This document shows positions 20,672 through 29,519 of a stretch of 64,000 nt of DNA, piece after piece. Under the pieces are notes generated by a model. It was not told the DNA's origin. It saw only the letters and a list, made by a program, of their open reading frames with translations, and ran no database searches. The stretch lies in assembly GCA_019244185.1 (NCBI GenBank), contig JAFATB010000026.1:128001-192000 (forward strand). The letters run 5' to 3'. Position 1 is the first letter of the stretch, and every line of letters begins with the position of its first letter. This stretch comes from Acidobacteriota bacterium. GTDB taxonomy: Bacteria > Acidobacteriota > Thermoanaerobaculia > Gp7-AA8. A program made the position numbers and the translations under genes.

Positions 20672-21559
20672 GTGTCCGATTACTTCGCGTCGCGCCGCGC
20701 CTCGATCGACGACTACCTCGGGCACCTCGCCGGCGCGACCGGCGCTCCGCGCCCGCTCGACGCGCCACTGCGCCGCGCGCTCGCGTCCGCCGGCAAACGC
20801 GTGCGCGGCATTCTCACGCTCGCGGTGGGGGAGTCGGTCGGCGGCCGCGTCGAAAAGCTCCTTCCCGCCGCCGCGTCCATCGAGATGATTCACGCGTCGT
20901 CGCTCGTGCTCGACGATCTCCCCGCGATGGACGACGCGCTGCTGCGCCGCGGCGCGCCGACGCTGCATCGCGAGTTCGGCGAAGACCTGGCGATCCTCTC
21001 CGCCGTCGCGCTGCTCAATCACGCTTATGGACTTGTGGCAAAAGCGCACGCGGACTGCGCGCCGCGACGCTGGCCGATGCAGCAGGTGCTGCAGCGCGTC
21101 GTCGACGCCGTCGGCTGGGACGGCACGATCGCCGGCGAAGCCGTCGACCTGCACCCCGACTCGTACAAAGGCAACGCGCCGCTCGACTTCGACACGCTCG
21201 AGTTCATTCATTCGCGCAAGACCGGCGCGCTCTTCGTCGCCGCGGCGGCGGTCGGCGGAATGCTCGGCAACATCCATCCGGCGCCGCTGCAGCGCATCGA
21301 AGTCTTCGCGAAGAACCTCGGCCTCGCGTTCCAGATCACCGACGACGTGCTCGACGTGACGTCGAAACCCGAGGTGCTCGGGAAGGACGTGGGGAAAGAC
21401 GAGCAGCGGCTGACGTTCGTCAAGCTCGCAGGTGTCGACGGCGCGCGGAAGCTCAGCGAAGAGCTCGTGGAGACGTCGCTGACGGCGATCGAGCCGCTCG
21501 GAGCGGCCGCGAAGCCGCTCCGAGAGCTGGCGCTGCTCGTGCGCGACCGCGTTCGTTGA
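20672..21559 (+). CDS. Polyprenyl diphosphate synthase (FPP/GGPP type)
   Basis: [39 protein letters not shown]. Confidence 0.93.
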   Translation: MSDYFASRRASIDDYLGHLAGATGAPRPLDAPLRRALASAGKRVRGILTLAVGESVGGRVEKLLPAAASIEMIHASSLVLDDLPAMDDALLRRGAPTLHREFGEDLAILSAVALLNHAYGLVAKAHADCAPRRWPMQQVLQRVVDAVGWDGTIAGEAVDLHPDSYKGNAPLDFDTLEFIHSRKTGALFVAAAAVGGMLGNIHPAPLQRIEVFAKNLGLAFQITDDVLDVTSKPEVLGKDVGKDEQRLTFVKLAGVDGARKLSEELVETSLTAIEPLGAAAKPLRELALLVRDRVR

Positions 21560-21568
21560 TCGCGACGC

Positions 21569-22084
21569 TCAGTGCACGCGCACTTGCTCGACTTCCTCGA
21601 ACCAGCGCTCCTGACCTTTCGCGTACCAGCTCCAGCGCGAGCGCACGTGATCGGCGTCGACGAAGCGGAATTCGACGGCGTCCATGTGCCCGACGTCGCG
21701 CGACTGCATGTTGGTGCCGCTCACGAAGCGGAACACGACCCGCGCGCCGCTCTCGTCGATGGTCGTCGCGGCGAGCGTCGGCTGATTGCCAGCCTCGCAA
21801 TAGTGCGTCAGCAGTAGGCGATCGCCGTCGAGATAGAACGTCGTGACCATGCCGTCGTTCGCCTCGCCGTCGAAATGCGAACGGTTGATGACCGCGGTGC
21901 CTTTCGCCGCGACTTCATAAGAGTTCGTTTCCGTCCAGCCCTTTGTACTGGCGGCGTGCCATTGTCCGGCCATCGCTTTGAAACGCGCGAAGAGTTGTTG
22001 CGCGTCCGCGGGCGTCACGGGGCGTTCGGCCGCCGCAGCACGCAAGGGAAGCAGGAGGAACAGCAGGAGCATCGTTCGTCGCAT
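21569..22084 (-). CDS. Secreted hypothetical protein, probably beta-rich
   Basis: RBS AAAGGAG, signal peptide, motif LTHYCEAGNQP..GHM. Confidence 0.75.
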   Translation of the reverse strand: MRRTMLLLFLLLPLRAAAAERPVTPADAQQLFARFKAMAGQWHAASTKGWTETNSYEVAAKGTAVINRSHFDGEANDGMVTTFYLDGDRLLLTHYCEAGNQPTLAATTIDESGARVVFRFVSGTNMQSRDVGHMDAVEFRFVDADHVRSRWSWYAKGQERWFEEVEQVRVH

Positions 22085-22102
22085 GGGCATCTCCTTTGGC
22101 AT

Positions 22103-22166
22103 TGAGGGAGGCGCGCGACGGAAAAGGTTGCGTGGACGCAACCGTTCGGGGCAGATTGCGCCCTCA
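22103..22166. promoter_or_regulatory. Back-to-back mirror ECF-type promoters
   Basis: ACGCAACC-N17-CCCTCA on both strands; the two -35 boxes form ggttgcgt-gg-acgcaacc at 22126-22143. Confidence 0.7.
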
Positions 22167-22173
22167 TACAACG

Positions 22174-22683
22174 ATGGATGACCAACTGCTCGTGCGCGAG
22201 CTACGCGCCGGCCGCGAGCCGGCGTTCCGGCTCCTGTACGAACGGCACAGTCCCGCGCTCTTCGCCTTTCTCCGGCACCTTCTCGGCGCCGCGCGCGAGG
22301 AGGCCGGCGACGCGCTGCAGGACGTCTGGCTGCGTGCGACGCGCGACCTGCCGCGGTTTCGCGAGCAGTCGTCGTTCCGCACGTGGCTGTTCGGCATCGC
22401 GGTGAACCGCTGCCGCGAGATCCTGCGGCTGGCCGGCCGCTACGAATCGCCTGAGGAAATCGAGGTGACCGCGCCGCCGGTGCCTCTCGTCGAGCGCCTC
22501 GACCTCGGCCGCGCGATTCCGCGGCTGCCGCACCGCTATCGCGAAGTGCTCATCCTGCACGACCTCTATGAACACACGCACGCGGAGATTGCAGCGATGC
22601 TCGGGATCGATGAGGGCACATCGAAGAGCAATCTGTCTCGCGCGCGTGCACGACTGCGCGAGCTGATCGGAGGGCCGTCATGA
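22174..22683 (+). CDS. ECF RNA polymerase sigma factor
   Basis: DALQDVWLRA..SSFRTWLFGIAVN; HAEIAAMLGIDEGTSKSNLSRAR. Confidence 0.92.
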   Translation: MDDQLLVRELRAGREPAFRLLYERHSPALFAFLRHLLGAAREEAGDALQDVWLRATRDLPRFREQSSFRTWLFGIAVNRCREILRLAGRYESPEEIEVTAPPVPLVERLDLGRAIPRLPHRYREVLILHDLYEHTHAEIAAMLGIDEGTSKSNLSRARARLRELIGGPS

Positions 22684-23186
22684 CGGACGACCGCGTTGAT
22701 TTGTCGTCGCTGGACCGCGAGACCGCACCGCCGCCGGAGCTCGAGCGTGCGCTCGTGCGCTCCTTGCGCCGCGCGGGATTCCTGCGAACAAAGCCGCTGC
22801 TGGCGCTCGGCGGCTGGGCTGCCGCCGCGGTCATGGCCGGCATTGCGCTGTTTCTGTACGTGCATCCGCCGAGCGCGGCGCGTTCGCCGTCGCCACAGTA
22901 CATTCTGCTGCTCTATGAATCGCCGCAATTTCGAGGCGGCTCGCACAGTGAATACGCGGCATGGGCGCGGCGCCAGCACCCGCGCATTGTGGGCGGCGAA
23001 GAGCTTGCGCAGCCCACTGTGACTGCGATTCCCGGTGCGTCCACGCCGCTGCCGTCCGATCAGCCGCGCTTTGCCGGCTATTTCTTAATCGATGCGCCCG
23101 ATGATGCCGCGGCCGTCGAGCTCGCGCGCGCGTGTCCGCATGTGCGGCATGGAGGTTCCGTCGTCTTACGCAGGATCACGAGGTAA
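22680..23186 (+). CDS. Putative anti-sigma factor with TM helix and YCII-like C-terminal domain
   Basis: ATGA overlap with sigma; TM helix; YILLLYE..AGYFLIDAPDDAAAVELARACPH..GG. Confidence 0.7.
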   Translation: MTDDRVDLSSLDRETAPPPELERALVRSLRRAGFLRTKPLLALGGWAAAAVMAGIALFLYVHPPSAARSPSPQYILLLYESPQFRGGSHSEYAAWARRQHPRIVGGEELAQPTVTAIPGASTPLPSDQPRFAGYFLIDAPDDAAAVELARACPHVRHGGSVVLRRITR

Positions 23187-23201
23187 CGGCGCGGTTGCGC
23201 G

Positions 23202-23633
23202 TCAGTGCACGTTCGGGCGGCGGTCGCCTGCGGCGCCGCCGGCGAGGGGATGCCCGTCGTGCAGCAGGTTCGCGCAATCGCGCACGACTTCCACGACCTG
23301 CTCGACGTCGAACGGCTTTCGCACGCAGCCGTGCACGAGCGTCGGATCGAGCTGGCGGAAGGCGGCATCGTCGAAGGCCGACATCACGAAGACGACCGGC
23401 TTGACGCGCAGCGGCAGCGCGGGCAGCGCTTCGATGAAGTCGAAGCCGCTCATCCGCGGCATCATGAGGTCGACCAGCAGCACGGCGTACTCGCTCGACT
23501 CCATGCGTTCGAGCGCGGCCACGCCGTCGTTGGCGACATCGACGTCGAGTCCCGCGCGTTGCAGGGCCGAGACGAGCAGCGCGCGAATGGCCGGATCGTC
23601 TTCGACGACCAGGACCCGTGGCAATGTCGGCAT
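23202..23633 (-). CDS. Single-domain response regulator
   Basis: VLVVEDD, LLVDLMMPRMSG, MSA, KPF. Confidence 0.9.
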   Translation of the reverse strand: MPTLPRVLVVEDDPAIRALLVSALQRAGLDVDVANDGVAALERMESSEYAVLLVDLMMPRMSGFDFIEALPALPLRVKPVVFVMSAFDDAAFRQLDPTLVHGCVRKPFDVEQVVEVVRDCANLLHDGHPLAGGAAGDRRPNVH

Positions 23634-23698
23634 GTGTAGGCAGCGTAAACGAAGCAGGCTGGAGCTGGTGACGGACGGGTGGAAGTAAAATGACGGAC

Positions 23699-24568
23699 AT
23701 GGCATATGCGATCGAGGCAGGGGAGGCATTGCCCGATGCGCTGCGGCGGATCGTCGCCGAACAGGTGCAGCACGTGCTGGCCCTGCGCGGCGACGGCGAG
23801 GTCGAAATGCGCGTGCACGAGCTGCGCAAACGGATCAAGCAACTGCGGGCGCTGCTGCGGCTCGTCCGGCCGGAGATCGGCGACGCGTTCGGCGCGTTCA
23901 ATGCCCGCCTGCGCGACATTGCGCAACGACTCTCCGGGATTCGCGACGCGCACGTACTCGTCGCGGTCGTAGACAAGCTCTCGCAAGGCGCGCACGACGC
24001 GGATCGCGACGCATTGCTCATTGTGCGCCGTTCCTTGAGCGCATCAGAGCCTGGCGATATTGAAGCCTCAATGACACGCGCCATTGAAGACATTCGCGGC
24101 TTGCAGCCGGTGCTCGCGTCCGCGGTCTGGCCATTGGAGGATCGTTTCCGCGTCATTGGACGTGGATTCCAGCGTACCTACCGCGATGGCCGCCGCTCAA
24201 TGCACAATGCCATCGAATCGCCAAGGCCCGTGAACATGCATCAGTGGCGCAAGCGGGCCAAGGACCACTGGCATCAATTGCAGCTCTTACGAGACGTTGC
24301 GCCCGACGAATTTCACGAACGCGCCGCGCACGCCAAAGAGCTCTCCGACGTCCTCGGCGACGACCACGATCTCGCGCTGTTGTACGAGCGCGTCGCCGCC
24401 GATGCGTCGCTGACCGATGAAACGCGCGACGCCGTGCTCCGCCTCACGATCGCCGCCCAACAGCGTCTTCAGCAGCGCGCCCGCGAACTGGGGGAGGCGT
24501 TGTACGACCACTCGCCGCGTGCGTTCCGCAAGCACGCGCGCAACCGCTGGCGCGCGTGGCGCAGCTGA
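23699..24568 (+). CDS. CHAD domain protein
   Basis: VHELRKRIKQLR, LSGIRDAHV, MHQWRKRAK, LGDDHDL. Confidence 0.9.
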   Translation: MAYAIEAGEALPDALRRIVAEQVQHVLALRGDGEVEMRVHELRKRIKQLRALLRLVRPEIGDAFGAFNARLRDIAQRLSGIRDAHVLVAVVDKLSQGAHDADRDALLIVRRSLSASEPGDIEASMTRAIEDIRGLQPVLASAVWPLEDRFRVIGRGFQRTYRDGRRSMHNAIESPRPVNMHQWRKRAKDHWHQLQLLRDVAPDEFHERAAHAKELSDVLGDDHDLALLYERVAADASLTDETRDAVLRLTIAAQQRLQQRARELGEALYDHSPRAFRKHARNRWRAWRS

Positions 24569-24648
24569 GGGCGCGCGCGATCCTCTGCTAGAATGCGCCG
24601 CGAGCCGCGCCGGTCCAGCGGGCTCGGCCAAACAGAGAGAGCCCCATC

Positions 24649-26859
24649 ATGCCCAATCCCTTCAGACGCGCGGCCGTCGTCTGCTTCGCCGGAGTGCTGC
24701 TCGCGAGCTCCGGTGCGAGCGCCGAGGCGCTGCGTCGCGTGCCGCTGTACCGTATGGGCAGCGAAGTCGGATATCTCAGTCGAGTCGTCGTTCGCAATGT
24801 CTACGGACCGGCATCCTCGCCCCCGGAGATCGTCGCGTGCAGCAACAGCGGCGGCGCGTACGCGCTGACGTATTCTGGTCCTTCGTCGTACCGCACCGTG
24901 TGGTATTCGCAGCCGGTTCTCTGCGGCGCCCTGGCCGTCGGCGATCTCGACGGCGACGGCCGGAACGAGGTCGTGATGGCCGCGACCGAATACGGCAAAA
25001 TGGAAGCGCTGCAGGTGTACGACCCCGAGGGCTTCGGCGGACCGCGCGCGTCCGTCCAGATTCCCAGCGCGCTTCCCATTTTGTCCATCGCGATCGGCAA
25101 TGCGGACGCCGACCCGGGACTGGAGATCGTCGTCGCCACGAGGTCGGATACGTACATCTACGATGCGGCCACCCTGTCGCTCGAATGGACGGCGACCGGC
25201 CGCGGCGGAGCCTTCGTCGCCATCGCCGATCTCGAGAACGATGGCGTGCCGGAGATCATCCTCAACGGTGCCGGCGACGGACAGGTCCTCAATGGCGTGA
25301 CGCACGCGTTCAAGTGGGGCTACTCCGGCGGGTTCGGCGGCTATGTCGCGGTCGGCGACGTGGATGGCGACGGGAAAGCGGAGATCGTCGGTAGCGATGC
25401 CGGCAACATTCGGGTCTTTCAGGGCGACACGCTCACCTCGTCGTCCTTCGGTACCGACGCGTCTTCGATCGCTGCGATCGCCGTCGGCGACGCGAACGGC
25501 GACGGGCAGAGCGAGATCATCGTCAGCGACATCTACTACAGGACGCCCGTGAGCGGGTATTCGGCGACCGGCACAAAGTTGTGGGCGATCACCAGCACCA
25601 ATTCGGATGCATTGAACCTCGCTGTGGGCGATGTGGATGGCGATCGCAGCGCGGAAGTGGTCTGGTCCTCGAATTCGTACAACCCGGCGGTGTACGTCGG
25701 CAGGCCCGCAACGAACAGTGTGGAGATGGCCGCAGCGGATGTCGTCGGTGCGTTTCAGCCGGTCATCGCCGATCTCAATGGCGACGGCCGACACGAAATG
25801 ATTATGACCGTAGCGGTGAACGGCGGCCGTACGCCCAACCGTGTGGAGATTCACGATCTGGCGGGAGGAGTTTCGTGGTTCTCGACGTTCGTCAACTCGT
25901 ACTCCTCAAATCCAGCGAAGGTCGCGGTCGGACAGTTGGACGCCGATCCCGCGCTCGAGATCGCCGTCCTGCAGGACTCGAGACTCTACGTCTATGATGG
26001 CGTTACGCATGCTCTGGAGTGGACCAGTGCGGCTGCGAATTTCTCGTCATCGTTTTTGATGGTGCGCAACGTCGACAGCGATCCCATGGATGAGATCATC
26101 GTGGCGACGACCGACAATAAGGTCGAAGTGCTCGACGGCGCCTCGCCTTTCGTTCAGAACATTTCTCCCGCGTTGGACTACCCGATCACAGACGTCGCCG
26201 TGGCCGATCTCGACGGCGATCAGACGCTCGATTATGTGGTCGCGAGCTTCTACGACATTTATGTGTTCAAAGCCTCCGATTTCACGGAGCGTCTGCACAT
26301 GCCGGCGCCGTACACCGATGCCGTGGCCGCCACAGAAGGGGAGTTTGCGGTCGCCTCCACCAACGGAGGAGTCACGAGCTATTCAGGAACCACGTTGCAG
26401 CCGCAATGGACTTGTTATACCGATCCGAGGACGGTCTTGCGCTACGGGATACTAGGCGGCAAGAAGTGGCTCGCCGCCGCCGCGCCGGATAACGTGCAGC
26501 TCTTTGCCACCGGCGGCACCTCGTGCCCCGACAAGGCCGCGGCGGAATACGCGTTTCCCGGCGCGTCCATCCTTCAGCTCGCCGACATGAACGGCGACGG
26601 AGCCGCCGAGATGATCCTCGCCGGATCCAGCAGCGCCGAAGTCGATCTCATTGCGCTTGCCAGCGCCCCGCGCGGCGACGCGGACAATGACGGCGTGGTC
26701 GCGGACACGGACATGGACACGCTGGCGCGCTACTTCTTCGGCGACGGCAAAGTCCCCGCCGCGGGTGCCGACGTCAACGGCGATCTGTCGCTGCGCGCGG
26801 ACGATCTGCTCTATCTCATCAATTACCGTCGCGGGACGGGAGCTGCTCCTCCACAATGA
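24649..26859 (+). CDS. Secreted FG-GAP/VCBS-repeat protein with C-terminal dockerin-like domain
   Basis: Signal peptide; about 11 (G/A)DxDGDGxxE-type repeats; C-terminal GDADNDGVVADTD..GADVNGDLSLRADDLLYLINY. Confidence 0.85.
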   Translation: MPNPFRRAAVVCFAGVLLASSGASAEALRRVPLYRMGSEVGYLSRVVVRNVYGPASSPPEIVACSNSGGAYALTYSGPSSYRTVWYSQPVLCGALAVGDLDGDGRNEVVMAATEYGKMEALQVYDPEGFGGPRASVQIPSALPILSIAIGNADADPGLEIVVATRSDTYIYDAATLSLEWTATGRGGAFVAIADLENDGVPEIILNGAGDGQVLNGVTHAFKWGYSGGFGGYVAVGDVDGDGKAEIVGSDAGNIRVFQGDTLTSSSFGTDASSIAAIAVGDANGDGQSEIIVSDIYYRTPVSGYSATGTKLWAITSTNSDALNLAVGDVDGDRSAEVVWSSNSYNPAVYVGRPATNSVEMAAADVVGAFQPVIADLNGDGRHEMIMTVAVNGGRTPNRVEIHDLAGGVSWFSTFVNSYSSNPAKVAVGQLDADPALEIAVLQDSRLYVYDGVTHALEWTSAAANFSSSFLMVRNVDSDPMDEIIVATTDNKVEVLDGASPFVQNISPALDYPITDVAVADLDGDQTLDYVVASFYDIYVFKASDFTERLHMPAPYTDAVAATEGEFAVASTNGGVTSYSGTTLQPQWTCYTDPRTVLRYGILGGKKWLAAAAPDNVQLFATGGTSCPDKAAAEYAFPGASILQLADMNGDGAAEMILAGSSSAEVDLIALASAPRGDADNDGVVADTDMDTLARYFFGDGKVPAAGADVNGDLSLRADDLLYLINYRRGTGAAPPQ

Positions 26860-28346
26860 AAACCTTTCGTGCAGTTCTGATCCTCATGTCTCTGTGCGGC
26901 GCGCTCGCGGCGAGTGCCGCCGAGGATGTGGTCACTGTCGGCAGTCTCTCCGCGCCGAAGGGCTCCGTGCTCGTGCCGGTGTATGTGCGCGACCTCAGTG
27001 CGACGCGCCTGGGCATCGATAAGCCTTCGGGACAGCGCATTCAGTCCGTCGGGTTCCGCGTCCGTTTCTCACCCGCCGGCGCGGTGACGTCGGCGGCGTT
27101 CTCGCGTTCGGGAACGCTGCTCAAGACGCCGCTGTATGAGAAGAGCTTTCAGGGCAGCGACTGGCTCGGCTACATCGCCTCGTTCGCGGAAGCGAACAAT
27201 GCGCTGGCGTTCACGTCCAATGCGGCTGCGCCAGGAAATCTCATCGGCTATCTGCAATTGACGACCGCGTCGTCGCTCGCCGCCGGAACGGTCGTCAACG
27301 TCACCATCGATCCCACCGCGGCGCTCCTGGGCGACCAGGCGGGCGCCGTCATCGAGACGTATGCGAACGCGGGGCTCGTGCTGCAGAACGGCACGATCAC
27401 GCTGACCGCGGGCACGTGCACCACTCCGGCGGTTTCCGCGAGCGTCACCGGCACCGCGGCTTCCTGCGTGCTCGGCACCGGCGGCACCGCCAGCGCGAAC
27501 GTGAGCGGCGGAACGGTGGCGGCGTATCAGTGGGGCTATCGCATCACGTCGAACGGCTCCATCACCACGATCAGCGGCGCGACCAACTCGTCGTACACCA
27601 TCACCGGCGCGGACTTCGGCGGCGCGGGGACGAAGTACCTCGTCGTGACCGTGACGCCGTCGTGCGGCGCGCAAGTCGTCTCGAACGAAATCGCGGTCGA
27701 CATCACGACCGCGCCGGCCGTTTCGCTCGTCGCCAGCAGCACCGTCTTCGCGAATTCGCCCGACAATTACGCGTCGGTCGCGGATCAGGGGAACGGCGCC
27801 ACGTACACGTGGTCGATCACCAACGGCACGATCACCAGCGGACAGGGCACGCGGCAGATCCGCTACACGTCGGGCGCGAGCGGCACGGTCGCACTCGGTA
27901 TCACCGTGACGAAGAACGGTTGCAGCGATCCTGCTTCACCGACCGCGAACGTCACGATCGTCGCGCGGCCCGCGGGCGCGGTCCTGTTCTACCTGGTCAC
28001 GCCGTGCCGGCTCATCGACACGCGCGGCCCGGTGGGCACTTACGGCGGTCCTGCATCGCCGAGCGGATCGTTGCGGCAGGTCCCGGTCGCCGGCGTTTGC
28101 GGGATTCCGTCCGGCGCGCGCGCCATCGCCGCCAACGTCACGGCGGTGGCTCCGCAGACGGGCGGCTATCTCGCGCTCTTCGCGTCCGACGTCGCGTGGG
28201 CCGGCACGAGCACGCTCAACTACCGTACCGGCAAGACGCGTGCGAACAACGCGGTGCTGCCGCTGTCCGCGGACGGGCGCATCACGGTGAAGAATGAAGG
28301 CAGCACGCTGAACTTCATCATCGACGTGACGGGATACTTCAAGTAG
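26856..28346 (+). CDS. Secreted protein: cohesin-like N-domain, Ig-like modules, C-terminal PCRLIDTR..IDVTGYF domain
   Basis: Signal peptide; DVVTVGSLSAPKGSVLVPVYVRD..IQSVGFRVRF..NGTITL; Thr/Ser/Gly-rich modules (YTWSITNGTITSGQGT). Confidence 0.7.
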   Translation: MKTFRAVLILMSLCGALAASAAEDVVTVGSLSAPKGSVLVPVYVRDLSATRLGIDKPSGQRIQSVGFRVRFSPAGAVTSAAFSRSGTLLKTPLYEKSFQGSDWLGYIASFAEANNALAFTSNAAAPGNLIGYLQLTTASSLAAGTVVNVTIDPTAALLGDQAGAVIETYANAGLVLQNGTITLTAGTCTTPAVSASVTGTAASCVLGTGGTASANVSGGTVAAYQWGYRITSNGSITTISGATNSSYTITGADFGGAGTKYLVVTVTPSCGAQVVSNEIAVDITTAPAVSLVASSTVFANSPDNYASVADQGNGATYTWSITNGTITSGQGTRQIRYTSGASGTVALGITVTKNGCSDPASPTANVTIVARPAGAVLFYLVTPCRLIDTRGPVGTYGGPASPSGSLRQVPVAGVCGIPSGARAIAANVTAVAPQTGGYLALFASDVAWAGTSTLNYRTGKTRANNAVLPLSADGRITVKNEGSTLNFIIDVTGYFK

Positions 28347-28371
28347 GCGAGAGCGCCGCCGGCGCTCTCGC
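28347..28371. terminator. Hairpin between convergent genes
   Basis: gcgagagcgcc-gcc-ggcgctctcgc fills the entire gap between the two stop codons. Confidence 0.65.
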
Positions 28372-28692
28372 TTACCGATTCACCCAGTCGAGGACCGGGC
28401 CGAGCTCGAGCTTCGCCGTCTTGGCGAGCTCGTTCACGCGCCGGAGGTTTCCGTCCGCGAGCGCGCGGCGAAGGTCGAGGAGCGCGTGCTTGACGTTCAA
28501 CGCGTTGTCGCGAAACGCGCCGCCCTTGACGGACTTGCCGAGCGTTTCGCCGATCGGCTCGAGCTCCGCGTCGACCTTCTTCCAGTCGTCGAGCGTCCAG
28601 CGATTGCCGTCCGCGTCACGGAGAATGCTGGACAGTCGGGTCGCTGCCTGTTTGGCAGCCGGCTTGTCGGGGCCAATCTGACGTTCGGTCAT
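28372..28692 (-). CDS. Hypothetical helical protein
   Basis: 106-aa ORF with RBS AAGGAG and host-like codon usage. Confidence 0.65.
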   Translation of the reverse strand: MTERQIGPDKPAAKQAATRLSSILRDADGNRWTLDDWKKVDAELEPIGETLGKSVKGGAFRDNALNVKHALLDLRRALADGNLRRVNELAKTAKLELGPVLDWVNR

Positions 28693-28814
28693 CCGATCTC
28701 CTTCTCGCCGGCTTCGCAGCCGGATCGGGTTCCTGATTGTCTGGGGGTGACCTGCGGAAGGCGGTAGTGTAGCGCTTCAGGCCGTTGCGATGGAAATCGC
28801 GAGAAGGGGAGGAT

Positions 28815-28890
<76 letters not shown>

Positions 28891-29013
28891 AACTGAGCTA
28901 CCGAGGGCTGCGCTCGGAAACAGGGGTTCCGAAAAAGCGCGGCGGAAGATACCACAGCGACGTGGAGTGCAGAATAGCTTTTCGGCGCGGGTTCATTCCA
29001 AAGAAGGGAGCGC

Positions 29014-29041
29014 TTGACAGGCGGCGGAGGGGGCGTAGACT
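29014..29041 (+). promoter_or_regulatory. Sigma70-type promoter for the riboswitch leader
   Basis: TTGACA-N16-TAGACT. Confidence 0.7.
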
Positions 29042-29065
29042 CGTCGGTGCCGCCCACCAGGTGGC

Positions 29066-29212
29066 GGCCTTGCCGCCTAATCCTCGGCGCCGAGGAGCGG
29101 GGGAACCGATCAGCGACGGCTTGCCACCGTCCGGGGTGAATCCGGCCGAAAGCCGGTAGGGCTTCCAGCCCGAATCCGACAGCTAACCTCGTAGGCAGCC
29201 GGAAGGCAGGCC
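29066..29212 (+). ncRNA. c-di-AMP (ydaO-yuaA) riboswitch aptamer
   Basis: AATCCT..AGGAGCGGGGGAACC..GGGGTGAATC..GTAGGG..CCCGAATCCGACAGCTAACCTCGTAGGC; closing stem ggccttgcc/ggcaggcc. Confidence 0.88.
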
Positions 29213-29214
29213 AA

Positions 29215-29248
29215 GCAAACGCCGCGAATCTCGCGGCGTTTGTGTTTT
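29215..29248 (+). terminator. Intrinsic terminator (riboswitch expression platform)
   Basis: caaacgccgcga-atc-tcgcggcgtttg followed by tgtttt. Confidence 0.8.
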
Positions 29249-29519
29249 CAGGCGGAAATCAGGGGGTGTTCACCTTTTCCTCACATGGTGCTAGAGTACG
29301 CCGCGATTTGGCGGAAAGGCGCTGCGTGAGCCCGGATGCCGGATGGGGTTCAACGATTCAAAAGTAAGAACGCTGTGGAACGGTGATTTGAACGAATCAC
29401 CTGTCTGCGCATAGCTCTTTGCAAGCCGAACTCGATGTGCAGCAACAAGTTGGCAGGATCTGGCATGAACGGCCGGAAACCTGCACAAGGGTCGCCCCGA
29501 AATCTAGAAAGGAGCCGAT

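Noticed and set aside
29450-29486. Possible sigma54 promoter upstream of the TonB receptor
   Set aside because: The TGGCA copies have the wrong GG-to-GC spacing; the one correctly spaced match (CGGCCGG-N4-CTGCA) is too weak to call
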